DNA from: Crocosphaera subtropica ATCC 51142
GTDB taxonomy: Bacteria > Cyanobacteriota > Cyanobacteriia > Cyanobacteriales > Microcystaceae
Direction of reading: 5' to 3'
Assembly: GCF_000017845.1 (NCBI RefSeq)
Contig: NC_010546.1
Location: 3,090,001-3,122,000 of the forward strand
Length of the DNA: 32,000 bases
The translations under genes were made by a program, and so were the position numbers. Positions 1 through 9,632 of the stretch are shown in pieces (the stretch's first letter is position 1; every line of letters begins with the position of its first letter). The notes beneath the pieces were generated by a model. The model ran no database searches, had not been told where the DNA came from, and saw nothing but the letters and a program-made list of their open reading frames with translations.

Positions 1-3000
1 ATCAAGTTCAAAATCGGTGATGGTATCAATATCATTAGGTATTTCACCTAAAGCAAACCAAAACTGATCGGCTCCTGTTCCCCCTGTAATAACATTGCGA
101 TCGCCAAGAAGATAAAAAATATCATCTCCGCCACCTCCAAAAGCTCGGTTGTTGTCACCCAAGAGGAAAGTATCATTACCAGATCCACCATATAAACGGT
201 TACCACCAGTTCCTGCTGTTGTGTCAATGAGATCATTTCCTGAGCCTGCGAAAACGATATCATCAGTCCCATTAAAGTCGGGAGTAACGCCAGCGTCAAA
301 GGTATCATTCCCAACAGTCCCAAAGGACAAGATTTCTTCGGTAACAGGTGCTTCAGTCACTTCGAGGGTAACAGTTGTCGTGTCAGAATTATCAGTTCCG
401 TCATTTGCTTGATAGGTAAAGCTATCTGTCCCTGAAAATCCTTCATTGGGGGTATAGGTAAAGGAACCATCTTCATTGAAATCAAGGGTTCCATTACTTG
501 GCCCTTCGTCCACAATAGCACTTAAAGGATCACCATCAGCATCTGTATCATTATCTAACACATTACCGGTAATAGCAGCATTTTCTTCCAGGCTATAGCT
601 ATCATCAGTGGCCACAGGAGGGGTATTCACAGGAGGTGGCGTAATACCGTCAATGGTAATAGTTGCTGTGGCTGTATCCGTTCCTCCTTGTCCATCACTG
701 ACAGTGTAGTTAAAGCTATCAGTGTCGGTTTCTCCGTCTTCTAAGTTGTCAAAGACTCCATTGGGGTCATAACTATAACTGCCATCACTGTTGAGGGTTA
801 ATAATGCACCTGAAGCTAAGGTAACTTGACTACCAACATCAGAAGCTTGTCCATTAACTTCAGTAACACTGAGACTGTCTCCATCCGCATCACTATCGTT
901 GGTTAAAACATTACCAGCAAGAGAAGCATTTTCAGGGGTACTGTTGCTATCATCAGTGGCCACAGGAGGGGTATTCACAGGAGGTGGCGTAATACCGTCA
1001 ATGGTAATAGTTGCTGTGGCTGTATCCGTTCCTCCTTGTCCATCACTGACAGTGTAGTTAAAGCTATCAGTGTCGGTTTCTCCGTCTTCTAAGTTGTCAA
1101 AGACTCCATTGGGGTCATAACTATAACTGCCATCACTGTTGAGGGTTAATAATGCACCTGAAGCTAAGGTAACTTGACTACCAACATCAGAAGCTTGTCC
1201 ATTAACTTCAGTAACACTGAGACTGTCTCCATCCGCATCACTATCGTTGGTTAAAACATTACCAGCAAGAGAAGCATTTTCAGGGGTACTGTTGCTATCA
1301 TCAGTGGCCACAGGAGGGGTATTCACAGGAGGTGGCGTAATACCGTCAATGGTAATAGTTGCTGTGGCTGTATCCGTTCCTCCTTGTCCATCACTGACAG
1401 TGTAGTTAAAGCTATCAGTGTCGGTTTCTCCGTCTTCTAAGTTGTCAAAGACTCCATTGGGGTCATAACTATAACTGCCATCACTGTTGAGGGTTAATAA
1501 TGCACCTGAAGCTAAGGTAACTTGACTACCAACATCAGAAGCTTGTCCATTAACTTCAGTAACACTGAGACTGTCTCCATCCGCATCACTATCGTTGGTT
1601 AAAACATTACCAGCAAGAGAAGCATTTTCAGGGGTACTGTTGCTATCATCAGTGGCCACAGGAGGGGTATTCACAGGAGGTGGCGTAATACCGTCAATGG
1701 TAATAGTTGCTGTGGCTGTATCCGTTCCTCCTTGTCCATCACTGACAGTGTAGTTAAAGCTATCAGTGTCGGTTTCTCCGTCTTCTAAGTTGTCAAAGAC
1801 TCCATTGGGGTCATAACTATAACTGCCATCACTGTTGAGGGTTAATAATGCACCTGAAGCTAAGGTAACTTGACTACCAACATCAGAAGCTTGTCCATTA
1901 ACTTCAGTAACACTGAGACTGTCTCCATCCGCATCACTATCGTTGGTTAAAACATTACCAGCAAGAGAAGCATTTTCAGGGGTACTGTTACTATCATCAG
2001 TGGCCACAGGAGGGGTATTCACAGGAGGTGGCGTAATACCGTCAATGGTAATAGTTGCTGTGGCTGTATCCGTTCCTCCTTGTCCATCACTGACAGTATA
2101 GTTAAAGCTATCAGTGGCGGTTTCTCCGTCTTCTAAGTTGTCAAAGACTCCATTGGGGTCATAACTATAACTGCCATCACTGTTAAGGGTGAGTAATGCA
2201 CCTGAAGTTAACGTGATTTCAGTACCAACATCAGCACTTTCTCCATTGACCTCTGTAACCGTTAAAGCATCCCCATCAGCATCTGTGTCATTATTCAAAA
2301 CATTGCCAGCAAGAGAAGCATTTTCAGGGGTACTGTTACTATCATCAGTGGCCACAGGAGGGGTATTCACAGGAGGTGGCGTAATACCGTCAATGGTAAT
2401 AGTTGCTGTGGCTGTATCCGTTCCTCCTTGTCCATCACTGACAGTGTAGTTAAAGCTATCAGTGTCGGTTTCTCCGTCTTCTAAGTTGTCAAAGACTCCA
2501 TTGGGGTCATAACTATAACTGCCATCACTGTTAAGGGTGAGTAATGCACCTGAAGTTAACGTGATTTCAGTACCAACATCAGCACTTTCTCCATTGACCT
2601 CTGTAACCGTTAAAGCATCCCCATCAGCATCTGTGTCATTATTCAAAACATTGCCAGCAAGAGAAGCATTTTCAGGGGTACTGTTACTATCATCAGTGGC
2701 CACAGGAGGGGTATTCACAGGAGGTGGCGTAATACCGTCAATGGTAATAGTTGCTGTGGCTGTATCCGTTCCTCCTTGTCCATCACTGACAGTGTAGTTA
2801 AAGCTATCAGTGTCGGTTTCTCCGTCTTCTAAGTTGTCAAAGACTCCATTGGGGTCATAACTATAACTGCCATCACTGTTAAGGGTGAGTAATGCACCTG
2901 AAGTTAACGTGATTTCAGTACCAACATCAGCACTTTCTCCATTGACCTCTGTAACCGTTAAAGCATCCCCATCAGCATCTGTGTCATTATTCAAAACATT

Positions 3001-5508
3001 GCCAGCAAGAGAAGCATTTTCAGGGGTACTGTTACTATCATCAGTGGCCACAGGAGGGGTATTCACAGGAGGTGGCGTAATACCGTCAATGGTAATAGTT
3101 GCTGTGGCTGTATCCGTTCCTCCTTGTCCATCACTGACAGTATAGTTAAAGCTATCAGTGGCGGTTTCTCCTGTTTCTAAGTTGTCAAAGACTCCATTGG
3201 GGTCATAACTATAACTGCCATCACTGTTGAGGGTGAGTAATGCCCCAGAGGCTAAAGTGATTTCAGTACCAACATCAGCACTTTCTCCATTGACCTCTGT
3301 AACCGTTAAAGCATCCCCATCAGCATCTGTGTCATTATTCAAAACATTGCCATTAACAGATGAATCTTCAGACGTGCTGTTACTATCATTGCTGGCAACG
3401 GGAGGGGTATTAGGAGTAAAGCCATCAATAGTAATGGTTGCTGTAGCTGTATCCGTTCCTCCTTGTCCATCACTGACAGTGTAGTTAAAGCTATCAGTGG
3501 CGGTTTCTCCTGTTTCTAAGTTGTCAAAGACTCCATTGGGGTCATAACTATAACTGCCATCACTGTTGAGGGTGAGTAATGCCCCAGAGGCTAAAGTGAT
3601 TTCAGTACCAACATCAGCACTTTCTCCATTGACCTCTGTAACCGTTAAAGCATCCCCATCAGCATCTGTGTCATTATTCAAAACATTGCCATTAACAGAT
3701 GAATCTTCAGACGTGCTGTTACTATCATTGCTGGCAACGGGAGGGGTATTAGGAGTAAAGCCATCAATAGTAATGGTTGCTGTAGCTGTATCCGTTCCTC
3801 CTTGTCCATCACTGACAGTGTAGTTAAAGCTATCAGTGGCGGTTTCTCCTGTTTCTAAGTTGTCAAAGACTCCATTGGGGTTATAACTATAACTTCCATC
3901 ACTGTTGAGGGTGAGTAATGCCCCAGAGGCTAAAGTGATTTCAGTACCAACATCAGCACTTTCTCCATTGACCTCTGTAACCGTTAAAGCATCCCCATCA
4001 GCATCTGTGTCATTATTCAAAACATTGCCATTAACAGATGAATCTTCAGACGTGCTGTTACTATCATTGCTGGCAACGGGAGCAGTATTAGAACTATCAG
4101 CAAAGGTTACAGTAGCTTCATTGGTACTTGAGTCAACTTCGTAACCATCACCAGGGACTAGGGTATAAGTTACTGTTGAGGGTTCTTCAGGGGTTCCATC
4201 ATTAAAAATAGGGGAACTAATTGTGGCAGTTTGTTCAGTAATGGTAAAGGAAAAACCCGTATTATCAAAATCGGGAACCGGGAACTGACCCCCTGTGACA
4301 CTAACATTAAACAGGTCTAACTGATTCAAATTTTGTGCCACGTCTCCATTAACCGTAACCGTGACTCCTTCTGGTGGTGGGGGTTCGCTAAGGGTAAAGG
4401 TAAAGGTTAAAACCGTTCCGTCTGACTCGTAGAGAATATCGGTGTTAGTTTCTAGGGAAACAGTGGGAGGCGAGGGAGGAGGGGCAAGTTGGGAACGAGT
4501 ATCAGCTAGAGTAAAAGTGATCTCACTGGCGTTAGGATCAACATCATACCCATCTCGAGGCAGCAACCTAAAAGTGGATTCTTCCACCCCTTGATCGTCA
4601 TTGCGGAATTCAGTATTGGGAAAATCGATATTACCCTGTGCTACACGATCGCGATCGTTAAAAATGGGAAAGGTAATAGTGGCAGTTTGAGCAGTAATTT
4701 GAAAGTCAAATGCACTGTTATTACTATTACCTCCAAGGGGTCGTCCCCCGCTAAAAGGTGGAGGAGGAAAAAGAGTAAAGTCTCCTAAAGACCAAGGTAC
4801 ATCATTGGCAATGGTAACAATAACCCCATCTGGAGGGGGTGGTTCACTCAGGGTGAAGGTAATAGTGGTTGCAGTGCCTTCATCTTCAACTAAAACTAAG
4901 TTATCGGCGGTAATACCAATCCTAGGCTGGAATACACCGGCGTAAGCTCGTTGTGTTTGGGGTAAAAAGGCTAATTTTTCTGTAATCTGCCCAAGTTTAA
5001 AATTAAGATCCCAATTTCCCCCTTTTAAGGCATTACCCACACGATCGCTGGATGCTGCAATATTTGCCCCAGTAATCTGGTGTAAACGGTCTAAGAAGCG
5101 ACGGCCTTGTTCTCCTAATGCCACCTGACAGCCATAGAGTAGCATTGATACTCCACTCAGTTTACCAGACCAACTTTTTAGTTGACTAAGATACTTATCG
5201 AAAGTATGAAGGCTCAGTTGGGTGTTTCCCAGTTGTATTCCTCCTGCCCAACCATGAGAAACGAGGTGAATACTCGCAATATTCCTGTGGGTGGCTAAAA
5301 CTTCGGTGATTTGTTCAATGCCGTCTCGATGACGATCTAGAATAATACTGGTTACTCCTTCGGCAACCCCTTGTTGCAACTGTTGAGGATGATCAACGTT
5401 GCCGTCGATGATGACTAATCTTGTATTTTCTATCATAGAAGTCTGATTGTCCTGTACAAATTGTGAAAATAACTGTCTGTGATCTTGATGGTTACGATAG
5501 GTTTCCAT
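1..5508 (-). CDS. Giant secreted repeat adhesin-like protein, C-terminal end cut by the window edge (1836 aa visible). Domains: DUF4347, two Calx-beta-like modules, at least 10 near-identical plus flanking degenerate ~113-116-aa VCBS/cadherin-like repeats, and RTX Ca-binding nonapeptides. Likely a type I secretion substrate.
   Basis: Absent from the ORF track because it has no stop in the window. Reverse-strand translation from the ATG (complement of 5506-5508, with AGGAAA 6 nt upstream) gives METYRNHQDHRQLFSQFVQDNQTSMIENTRLVIIDGNVDHPQQLQQGV...IHLVSHGWAGGIQLGN...MLLYGCQVALGEQGRRFLDRLHQITGANIAASSDRVGNALKGGNWDL, which is the DUF4347 pattern. Two ~115-aa modules follow (TFTLSEPPPP[DE]GV.VT...TATI..PIFND). 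The repeat units read NDSNSTSEDSSVNGNVLNNDTDADGDALTVTEVNGES..GSYSYNPNGVFDNLETGETATDSFNYTVSDGQGGTDTATATITIDG. The last residues in the window are ...FAGSGNDLIDTTAGTGGNRLYGGSGNDTFLLGDNNRAFGGGGDDIFYLLGDRNVITGGTGADQFWF..ITDFELD (RTX GGxGxD, about nt 40-320). Frame check: 5506 and 1 are both 1 mod 3, and both repeat periods are multiples of 3. Confidence 0.85.
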   Translation of the reverse strand, partial: METYRNHQDHRQLFSQFVQDNQTSMIENTRLVIIDGNVDHPQQLQQGVAEGVTSIILDRHRDGIEQITEVLATHRNIASIHLVSHGWAGGIQLGNTQLSLHTFDKYLSQLKSWSGKLSGVSMLLYGCQVALGEQGRRFLDRLHQITGANIAASSDRVGNALKGGNWDLNFKLGQITEKLAFLPQTQRAYAGVFQPRIGITADNLVLVEDEGTATTITFTLSEPPPPDGVIVTIANDVPWSLGDFTLFPPPPFSGGRPLGGNSNNSAFDFQITAQTATITFPIFNDRDRVAQGNIDFPNTEFRNDDQGVEESTFRLLPRDGYDVDPNASEITFTLADTRSQLAPPPSPPTVSLETNTDILYESDGTVLTFTFTLSEPPPPEGVTVTVNGDVAQNLNQLDLFNVSVTGGQFPVPDFDNTGFSFTITEQTATISSPIFNDGTPEEPSTVTYTLVPGDGYEVDSSTNEATVTFADSSNTAPVASNDSNSTSEDSSVNGNVLNNDTDADGDALTVTEVNGESADVGTEITLASGALLTLNSDGSYSYNPNGVFDNLETGETATDSFNYTVSDGQGGTDTATATITIDGFTPNTPPVASNDSNSTSEDSSVNGNVLNNDTDADGDALTVTEVNGESADVGTEITLASGALLTLNSDGSYSYDPNGVFDNLETGETATDSFNYTVSDGQGGTDTATATITIDGFTPNTPPVASNDSNSTSEDSSVNGNVLNNDTDADGDALTVTEVNGESADVGTEITLASGALLTLNSDGSYSYDPNGVFDNLETGETATDSFNYTVSDGQGGTDTATATITIDGITPPPVNTPPVATDDSNSTPENASLAGNVLNNDTDADGDALTVTEVNGESADVGTEITLTSGALLTLNSDGSYSYDPNGVFDNLEDGETDTDSFNYTVSDGQGGTDTATATITIDGITPPPVNTPPVATDDSNSTPENASLAGNVLNNDTDADGDALTVTEVNGESADVGTEITLTSGALLTLNSDGSYSYDPNGVFDNLEDGETDTDSFNYTVSDGQGGTDTATATITIDGITPPPVNTPPVATDDSNSTPENASLAGNVLNNDTDADGDALTVTEVNGESADVGTEITLTSGALLTLNSDGSYSYDPNGVFDNLEDGETATDSFNYTVSDGQGGTDTATATITIDGITPPPVNTPPVATDDSNSTPENASLAGNVLTNDSDADGDSLSVTEVNGQASDVGSQVTLASGALLTLNSDGSYSYDPNGVFDNLEDGETDTDSFNYTVSDGQGGTDTATATITIDGITPPPVNTPPVATDDSNSTPENASLAGNVLTNDSDADGDSLSVTEVNGQASDVGSQVTLASGALLTLNSDGSYSYDPNGVFDNLEDGETDTDSFNYTVSDGQGGTDTATATITIDGITPPPVNTPPVATDDSNSTPENASLAGNVLTNDSDADGDSLSVTEVNGQASDVGSQVTLASGALLTLNSDGSYSYDPNGVFDNLEDGETDTDSFNYTVSDGQGGTDTATATITIDGITPPPVNTPPVATDDSNSTPENASLAGNVLTNDSDADGDSLSVTEVNGQASDVGSQVTLASGALLTLNSDGSYSYDPNGVFDNLEDGETDTDSFNYTVSDGQGGTDTATATITIDGITPPPVNTPPVATDDSYSLEENAAITGNVLDNDTDADGDPLSAIVDEGPSNGTLDFNEDGSFTYTPNEGFSGTDSFTYQANDGTDNSDTTTVTLEVTEAPVTEEILSFGTVGNDTFDAGVTPDFNGTDDIVFAGSGNDLIDTTAGTGGNRLYGGSGNDTFLLGDNNRAFGGGGDDIFYLLGDRNVITGGTGADQFWFALGEIPNDIDTITDFELD
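603..4064 (-). repeat. In-frame tandem repeat array inside the giant adhesin gene, with ten units in three homogenised blocks. A-type is 4 x 348 bp (603-1994), B-type is 3 x 348 bp (1995-3038), C-type is 348 + 2 x 339 bp (3039-4064). Degenerate units flank the array at about 350-602 and 4065-4140.
   Basis: The anchor string catcagtggccacaggagg / cattgctggcaacgggagg recurs at 603, 951, 1299, 1647, 1995, 2343, 2691, 3039, 3387, 3726 and 4065. Units within a block are identical or differ by 1-3 nt by eye. The repeated antisense ORFs in the track (2189/2537/2885 and 3227/3566/3905) show the same 348- and 339-nt periods. Confidence 0.95.
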
Positions 5509-5648
5509 AAGAGATTTCCTGTGCTGACAAAAATAGGGAGTGATTCTTGAAGCAGCAGATGACCTTGGCTGTTTGTTGAGCCTATAAAAATGATATCTAT
5601 TAATGATAGTGATCATAGAAAAACATAACACTTTTCATCGAATGCTGC

Positions 5649-5727
5649 TAATATGAAATCTCTTTGAATACTATACTTGATAGCAGAGGGAGCAGAGGAG
5701 GCAAAGGGAGGAGGGGATCTCATATAA
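5649..5727 (+). mobile_element. MITE-like small dispersed repeat, copy 1 (short form, internal module deleted)
   Basis: The left end taatatgaaatctctttgaatactatacttgatag is shared with the copies at 26368 and 31365. A purine-rich core follows (agcagagggagcagaggaggcaaagggaggagggg). The right end gatctcatata is the inverted complement of the left terminus (atatgaaatc vs atatgagatc). Confidence 0.6.
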
Positions 5728-5750
5728 GATAACAATCAACTTCCTGTGAT

Positions 5751-5794
5751 AAAAAGCGTCTCAATCCTTTATTTTTCATAGACTTGAGACGCTT
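5751..5794 (-). terminator. Rho-independent terminator downstream of the 616-aa PEP-CTERM gene
   Basis: An 11-bp perfect stem, aagcgtctcaa (5754-5764) pairing with ttgagacgctt (5784-5794), has a 19-nt loop. On the minus strand it is followed by TTTTTATCAC. It lies 34 nt after the stop at 5828. Confidence 0.7.
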
Positions 5795-5827
5795 TGGCAT
5801 GGCAGAGGTTAATACAGAAGTTTAAGA

Positions 5828-7678
5828 TTATTTCCGTTTTAACTTAGACCCCACTCCTAAAGCACCGAGGGACAATAACCCTAACACTGAAGCCGGTTCA
5901 GGGACACTTTGACCAGGCATAGGTTGATTAGGAGAGGGTAATAATCGCTCAGTAAAAACAATGTCTTGGATTAATTCATCAGGAGGAATAATGGCTGTAA
6001 TTTCAGAGGTGGTAAACAGATCCAAAATGTCATTAATATCCGTTGACGGGAAAGGTTCAGCAAATTCTAAGATAAACTCGAAATTATCAAACGTGATCGT
6101 ATTCTCATCAGCATTGATAAATAGTTGCAACGGCCCTGTTAAATCGGTGTTACGAGTGCCATTAAGGTCAACAAATAACACCCGATCGCCATCAATAAGG
6201 GTACTCCCCACAGGGTTATCAGGCGCAACCGCTAAGGCAATATCGAAGAGGCGAGCCGTTTCTGGTAAGGTTTCACGATTAATGGTCAAATCATAAACAA
6301 TATTACTTAATCCATCTTCTTCAAATCCGAGGATAGTATTAACAGGGCCCAGTTCTAAAATCGGCTCATTGCCAAACGTGGTAATGGCAGCATAATAAGT
6401 ATCATCTTCAGGAACCAAGAAATTAAGCACCCTTGACTCAAAACTATCGGGTGAATCATCTCCTACCGCCAGAACGTCTCCGGCACTATTGTAAAGATAA
6501 AGTACCGAGTCATCGTCCTTATAGCCGGTTCCTGATAAGATATCACTCACCTCAACCCCAAAGGTGAGTAATTCCCCTGCTTTAGCTTCAAAGGCAAACA
6601 CTTCATTACCCGTACTGACTGCACCCGAAGCACTCCCGACACCGCTAGAGAGATCAAGAAAAGCAATGGGATCAAAGGGATTCATATCAGGGGTTGCTGG
6701 GGTAGACGGCGTGGCACTCACCCGCAACACTTGACTGCCTAATCCTTCAGTTTCAATGTAAGTGGTCATTAGGATGTCTCCGGTTAAGGGATCGATAATC
6801 ATCCCTTCAGGTCCGCCACTTTTGAACTTCGGCCAATTTAAAAATTGTCGTGCTGTGTCAATGATGGGATCGCCGTTGCCATCCACTTCATAGGCAGTTA
6901 CCCCAAAGCCTTGCCCCCATTGAGCCACTAACAGACTAGGACCTTCAAATCCAGGTTTTTCCTCGTCTACATAGATAAATGCCTCTGGTCCTACAAAGGT
7001 TTCCTCTGGCCCACCGAGATGAACACTACTGCCTGGGGTGGCAATATTAAAAGTACCTGAGCCATCTGGAGAAACAGTGGTATCGTAAATGGTACTGCCA
7101 TTATAGGAGCCAATTTTGAGGCGACCTTCTCCGGGAAATCCCGCTGGAACAAAGCGTAAAGCCCCAGTAGAAATTTCGACCCCTAAACCGGTTAGATCCA
7201 CCAGTTTGTCAGGGGTACTACTTCCAGGCAAAACTTGACCAAGGGTATTATCAAAGGTGGTATAAAACAAAACGTTGTTGGGACCGAAGGTTAATCCGCC
7301 ATCAGCCCCGGCAAATTCAGCATTGGGGCGACCCTCTCCCCCGATACCAGGAACTGTGGTGACAACAGTGGCTTCCCCTGAAAACCCAGTAATACGGTTA
7401 TTGCTATCCCGAAGTACCCCGATGGAATAGGCTGTAGCATCAGGAAAATCTGAACGCCCTGTAATTAATAAAGTGTTGGGATCATCGGGAAGAAAGGTTA
7501 TTCCTCCGTAGGGGTTGGGAACCCCTGGAACTTGTCCGAGGCCTAGGGACGAATAGGAACCCGCAAACGACTCTCCAAATAGGGAAAGGGCTTGTGCTGG
7601 TTTGACCTCAAGGGTTCCCAGTCCGAGTAAAGCAACACCAGTGGCAACAAAGGTTAATGTTTGAGCAATTTTCTGCAT
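5828..7678 (-). CDS. PEP-CTERM sorting-domain protein (secreted). It has a beta-propeller-like N-terminal region, a pre-peptidase-C-terminal (PPC)-like middle domain and a conserved ~110-aa module before the anchor.
   Basis: 616-aa ORF. Signal peptide MQKIAQTLTFVATGVALLGLGTLEVKPAQA. The C-terminus VPEPASVLGLLSLGALGVGSKLKRK is the PEP motif plus a TM helix plus a basic tail. The middle region GELLTFGVEVSDILSG..DDSVLYLYNSAGDVLAVGDD..DDTYYAAITTFGN resembles PPC domains. Confidence 0.85.
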   Translation of the reverse strand: MQKIAQTLTFVATGVALLGLGTLEVKPAQALSLFGESFAGSYSSLGLGQVPGVPNPYGGITFLPDDPNTLLITGRSDFPDATAYSIGVLRDSNNRITGFSGEATVVTTVPGIGGEGRPNAEFAGADGGLTFGPNNVLFYTTFDNTLGQVLPGSSTPDKLVDLTGLGVEISTGALRFVPAGFPGEGRLKIGSYNGSTIYDTTVSPDGSGTFNIATPGSSVHLGGPEETFVGPEAFIYVDEEKPGFEGPSLLVAQWGQGFGVTAYEVDGNGDPIIDTARQFLNWPKFKSGGPEGMIIDPLTGDILMTTYIETEGLGSQVLRVSATPSTPATPDMNPFDPIAFLDLSSGVGSASGAVSTGNEVFAFEAKAGELLTFGVEVSDILSGTGYKDDDSVLYLYNSAGDVLAVGDDSPDSFESRVLNFLVPEDDTYYAAITTFGNEPILELGPVNTILGFEEDGLSNIVYDLTINRETLPETARLFDIALAVAPDNPVGSTLIDGDRVLFVDLNGTRNTDLTGPLQLFINADENTITFDNFEFILEFAEPFPSTDINDILDLFTTSEITAIIPPDELIQDIVFTERLLPSPNQPMPGQSVPEPASVLGLLSLGALGVGSKLKRK

Positions 7679-7694
7679 GATCTGATTCCTTGAA

Positions 7695-9632
7695 TTAAGA
7701 AAGGTTATTGTGAGGTGAGGTGTAAAACTGTTTTTTCCGTTTCAACTTAGAACCCATCCCTAAAGCACCGAAGGACAGTAACCCTAATACTGAAGCAGGT
7801 TCAGGGACACTTTGACCAGGAAGAGGTTGATTAGGAGATATTGGCGATGATAGCGATCGCTCAGTAAAAATAATGTCTTGGATTAATTCATCAGGAGGAA
7901 TAATGGCTGTAATTTCAGAGGTGGTAAACAGATCCAAAATGTCATTAATATCCGTCGATGGAAAAGGTTCAGCAAATTCTAAGATAAACTCGAAATTATC
8001 AAACGTGACCGTATTCTCATCAGCATTGACAAACAGTTGTAGTGGTCCGGTTAAATCGGTGTTACGAGTGCCATTGAGGTCAACAAATAACACTTGATCC
8101 CCATCAATGAGGGTACTCCCTACAGGGTTATCGGGATCAATGGCTAAGGCAATATCAAACAGTCGGGCGGTTAGAGATAGAGAGGTGCGACTGACATTTA
8201 AGTCGTAGACTACATTGGCTAAACCCGTTTCTTGAAAACCCAGTAACTGGTTAACGTCCCCTAGCTCTAAAATGGCTTCATTACCGGCTGTGGTAACAGC
8301 GATGTAATAAGTTCCGTCTTCGGGAACTAAAAAGTTTAACACTCTTGAGGCAAAACTATCGGCCTTGTCTTCTGAAAATGCGAGAATATCCCCCTCGCTA
8401 TTGTAAAGATAGAGTTGTGTGTCATCGTTGGTATAACCCAGTCCTGAGAGGATCTCTGTCACGTTAACATCAACACTAACTAATTCTCCGGCTTGGGCTT
8501 GGATGGCATAGACATCATTACTGGTACTCACTGCCCCTGATGCGGTGGTTGCCCCTGTGGAAAGATCCAGGAGAGTAATAGGGTCAAAGGGATTATTATC
8601 AGGGGTAGTTGGTGGTGGGGCTTCTGCTTTGAATAATACGAGTTGACTTCCTAGATCACGACTGCCATCGTTGGTAAAGGCTGAGTCCGTTGAGAGCAGT
8701 AAATCGCCAGTAACGGGATCAACGATGAGTCCCATGTGTGAACCTGCTCCAGATCGAGGAAATCCACTGACAAAAAGCCTTTCCGTTTCCTTAATGGGAT
8801 CTCCGTTTTCGTCTATTTCGTAGGCCCCAATATTGTTGTTGTTGTATTCCGCAATTAAAACGCTGTCGGTGGTAAAATTGGGATAGCTATTATTGAGGTA
8901 GACAATACCTTCTAATCCTTTATTACTGCCATCATCGGGGTTGAGATTAATACTTCCCTCAACACTAATGTCGTAAGTCCCTTGACCGTCAGGCAGTAGC
9001 AAAGCATCATAGAAATTGCCGTTATCGTAAGAGGAAATTTTTAGTCTTCCCGCCCCAGGAAATCCTTCAGGAACAATAATTAAACCCCCTGTAGAGGGGG
9101 GATCAATGCCCAAAGGGGATAAATTGATAAATTTGTCGGGATTGGTGCTTCCTGGCTTGATTTGACCAATACTGTTATCAAAGTAAGTGGTGTACAGTAA
9201 GGTTCCGTTGGGAGCAAAGATTAAACCACCGTCTAACCCCCCTGCTTCGATATCGGGATCGACACTACCAATACCAGGGGCATTGGCAAAGAAGGTTGCT
9301 GGTGCTGAATAACTAATAATACGATTGCTGCTAGGATCACGGACTAAATCCACTTGATAGATAGCTGCTTCAGGGCTGTAGGCACTTCCCCCAATAAGCA
9401 GGGTATCGGCATCCATAAAGGCCAACCCCCCATAGCCACCAGGAATATTCCCCCCAGTATCTAAGGGAATGGGGCCAAGGCTTTGAGAGGAATAAGAATC
9501 CCGAAAATCGAAACCAAAAATAAAGGCTTGTGCAGATTTTGCACAAATGGTTCCCTCTCCCCATAGGATTAAGCCGGTTGTTATAGCCGTTATTATCTGT
9601 CTATTTATTTCAACCATAAAATTCTCCGACAT
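7695..9632 (-). CDS. PEP-CTERM sorting-domain protein, paralog of 5828..7678
   Basis: 645-aa ORF with the same architecture. C-terminus VPEPASVLGLLSFGALGMGSKLKRKK plus an 11-aa extension (QFYTSPHNNLS). The signal peptide ends ..CAKSAQA. The true start may be the second Met (MVEINRQ, 9617). It sits only 16 nt upstream of the paralog, so the two are probably co-transcribed. Confidence 0.85.
   Translation of the reverse strand: MSENFMVEINRQIITAITTGLILWGEGTICAKSAQAFIFGFDFRDSYSSQSLGPIPLDTGGNIPGGYGGLAFMDADTLLIGGSAYSPEAAIYQVDLVRDPSSNRIISYSAPATFFANAPGIGSVDPDIEAGGLDGGLIFAPNGTLLYTTYFDNSIGQIKPGSTNPDKFINLSPLGIDPPSTGGLIIVPEGFPGAGRLKISSYDNGNFYDALLLPDGQGTYDISVEGSINLNPDDGSNKGLEGIVYLNNSYPNFTTDSVLIAEYNNNNIGAYEIDENGDPIKETERLFVSGFPRSGAGSHMGLIVDPVTGDLLLSTDSAFTNDGSRDLGSQLVLFKAEAPPPTTPDNNPFDPITLLDLSTGATTASGAVSTSNDVYAIQAQAGELVSVDVNVTEILSGLGYTNDDTQLYLYNSEGDILAFSEDKADSFASRVLNFLVPEDGTYYIAVTTAGNEAILELGDVNQLLGFQETGLANVVYDLNVSRTSLSLTARLFDIALAIDPDNPVGSTLIDGDQVLFVDLNGTRNTDLTGPLQLFVNADENTVTFDNFEFILEFAEPFPSTDINDILDLFTTSEITAIIPPDELIQDIIFTERSLSSPISPNQPLPGQSVPEPASVLGLLSFGALGMGSKLKRKKQFYTSPHNNLS

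Noticed and set aside
603-4064. Possible CRISPR array because of the regular repeats
   Set aside because: The units are contiguous with no unique spacers, are 339-348 bp long and are in frame. They translate into VCBS/cadherin-like domains, so this is a coding tandem repeat.
2189-4144. Six repeated 79-86-aa ORFs on the + strand (2189, 2537, 2885, 3227, 3566, 3905), plus 149..412 (+) and 48..323 (-)
   Set aside because: They are antisense or off-frame shadows of the giant minus-strand adhesin ORF. Their periodicity simply mirrors the 348/339-bp coding repeats. Their sequences are low-complexity S/V/T-rich with no start context.
5961-8097. ORFs 5961..6296 (+) and 7873..8097 (+), which share an identical N-terminal sequence
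   Set aside because: They are antisense to the conserved C-terminal modules of the two PEP-CTERM genes. Their identity only reflects the near-identical DNA of the paralogs.
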